Source: Rhodosorus marinus CCMP1338 (Eukaryota > Plantae > Rhodophyta). From it: a stretch of 64,000 bases of DNA. The notes under the pieces are model-generated. The model was not told the DNA's origin and searched no databases. It was given only the letters and a program-made list of their open reading frames with translations. Location of the stretch: assembly GCA_029953675.1 (NCBI GenBank), contig JAMWBK010000009.1:372001-436000 (forward strand), given 5' to 3'. A program made the translations under genes and the position numbers. Every line of letters starts with the position of its first letter. Position 1 is the first letter of the stretch. Shown here one piece after another: positions 63,112 to 64,000 of this stretch.

Positions 63112-64000
63112 CGTTCTCAACACCCTCAGCAGGTTCCTTTCAACTCTTTCTCTTTCCTTGCTACTCTGCACTCATCAAGCTTGTCCCGCACTTACCCCTA
63201 CAGGCCCCAAGCTTCGAGACATGGTCTTATAGAGCGTGGACTCGGACCGGCCTGATCCCTGACAGTGTAGACAGAACCACGAAAAAAGAAGAACGAAACG
63301 ATAAACCCTAACCTACTAATCCGAACTTGCAAAAAACAATGAATTACCATTTCGCATGGTCGATTTAGAGTAAAATTCCCATACTTCTCTCTAAATAAAA
63401 TTTCCTTCCCACCCTGTTAACAAGTAAATGAGAGAAACCATGAAACCTGAGTTTTTCAACTGCTTTTGGAAGCTCAAGAGGCCATTCTGTATTTAGTAAG
63501 TCCGGGCCACCCCTCCGAAGTTGTTGCAAAATACTAAACAAGCAGCCCTGCTTCCTTCAAAAAAAAAATCCCATCTATTTTCTTTTTCAATACATTAGAG
63601 TTCTAGCTTCTTGGAATGCGGAAGAAATTAGAACATTCTAGGGTTTCATGGGCAGAAAAAGAAAATCCTCGACAGCTGAAAAAAAAAAATGAAACGACCC
63701 GCTCCGTAGCGATTCATGAATAACTATTCTTTTTAAAAGCAATTCCTACCTCGACCAATCTTCTTCGACCATGGCGAAATGAGGGAGTGTTTATCCGAAT
63801 TCAATATTCAATCAAGTTTTTTGTGATTGAATGAATGCTGGAACGTACACGGGTTGCTTGGTCAGCGGGCACTTAGGGAATAGGATCTATTCTTGACTTA
63901 TCTGGATAGTATTTTGTCAAAAGATAGAATAGGTATACATAATTTAATCGGAAAGATGATTAATGTTCCTAAATGAACACCTATATGCGTGTTTTAGATT

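Overview
This is eukaryotic nuclear DNA, not prokaryotic. It is gene-dense, with many short GT-AG introns (mostly about 55-115 nt) and AT-rich intergenic spacers. MAFV-/AFV-type N-termini on plastid-like proteins suggest a unicellular red alga (inference). About 25 spliced genes can be modelled by hand. They include a pyrophosphatase, STOML2, aminopeptidase P, a PAQR protein, DGAT2, a METTL7-like methyltransferase, an OCRL-like 5-phosphatase, OSTC, TDP2, BAP31, a CBM48-TPR protein, an F-box/LRR protein, DUF1499, a PHD protein, a NEF1-like membrane protein, a GH47 mannosidase, an EGY-like M50 protein and a TRIC channel. The last 7 kb is an accessory region. It holds a family of small orphan ORFs starting MLSVT, a 197-bp tandem array, and a decayed CRE-type non-LTR retrotransposon folded into a 405-bp inverted repeat. 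Four observations stand out: (1) a TDP2 cluster with an intact gene, a frame-preserving orphan copy of its last codons, and a full paralog that shares three intron positions but has lost every catalytic residue; (2) a CBM48-TPR fusion, a candidate starch-granule adaptor; (3) the palindromic retroelement inside the orphan-gene cluster; (4) several small foldback hairpins. No rRNA, tRNA or CRISPR array was found. Coordinates and splice sites were read by hand and may be off by a few nt. Family assignments rest on recalled motifs, not database searches.
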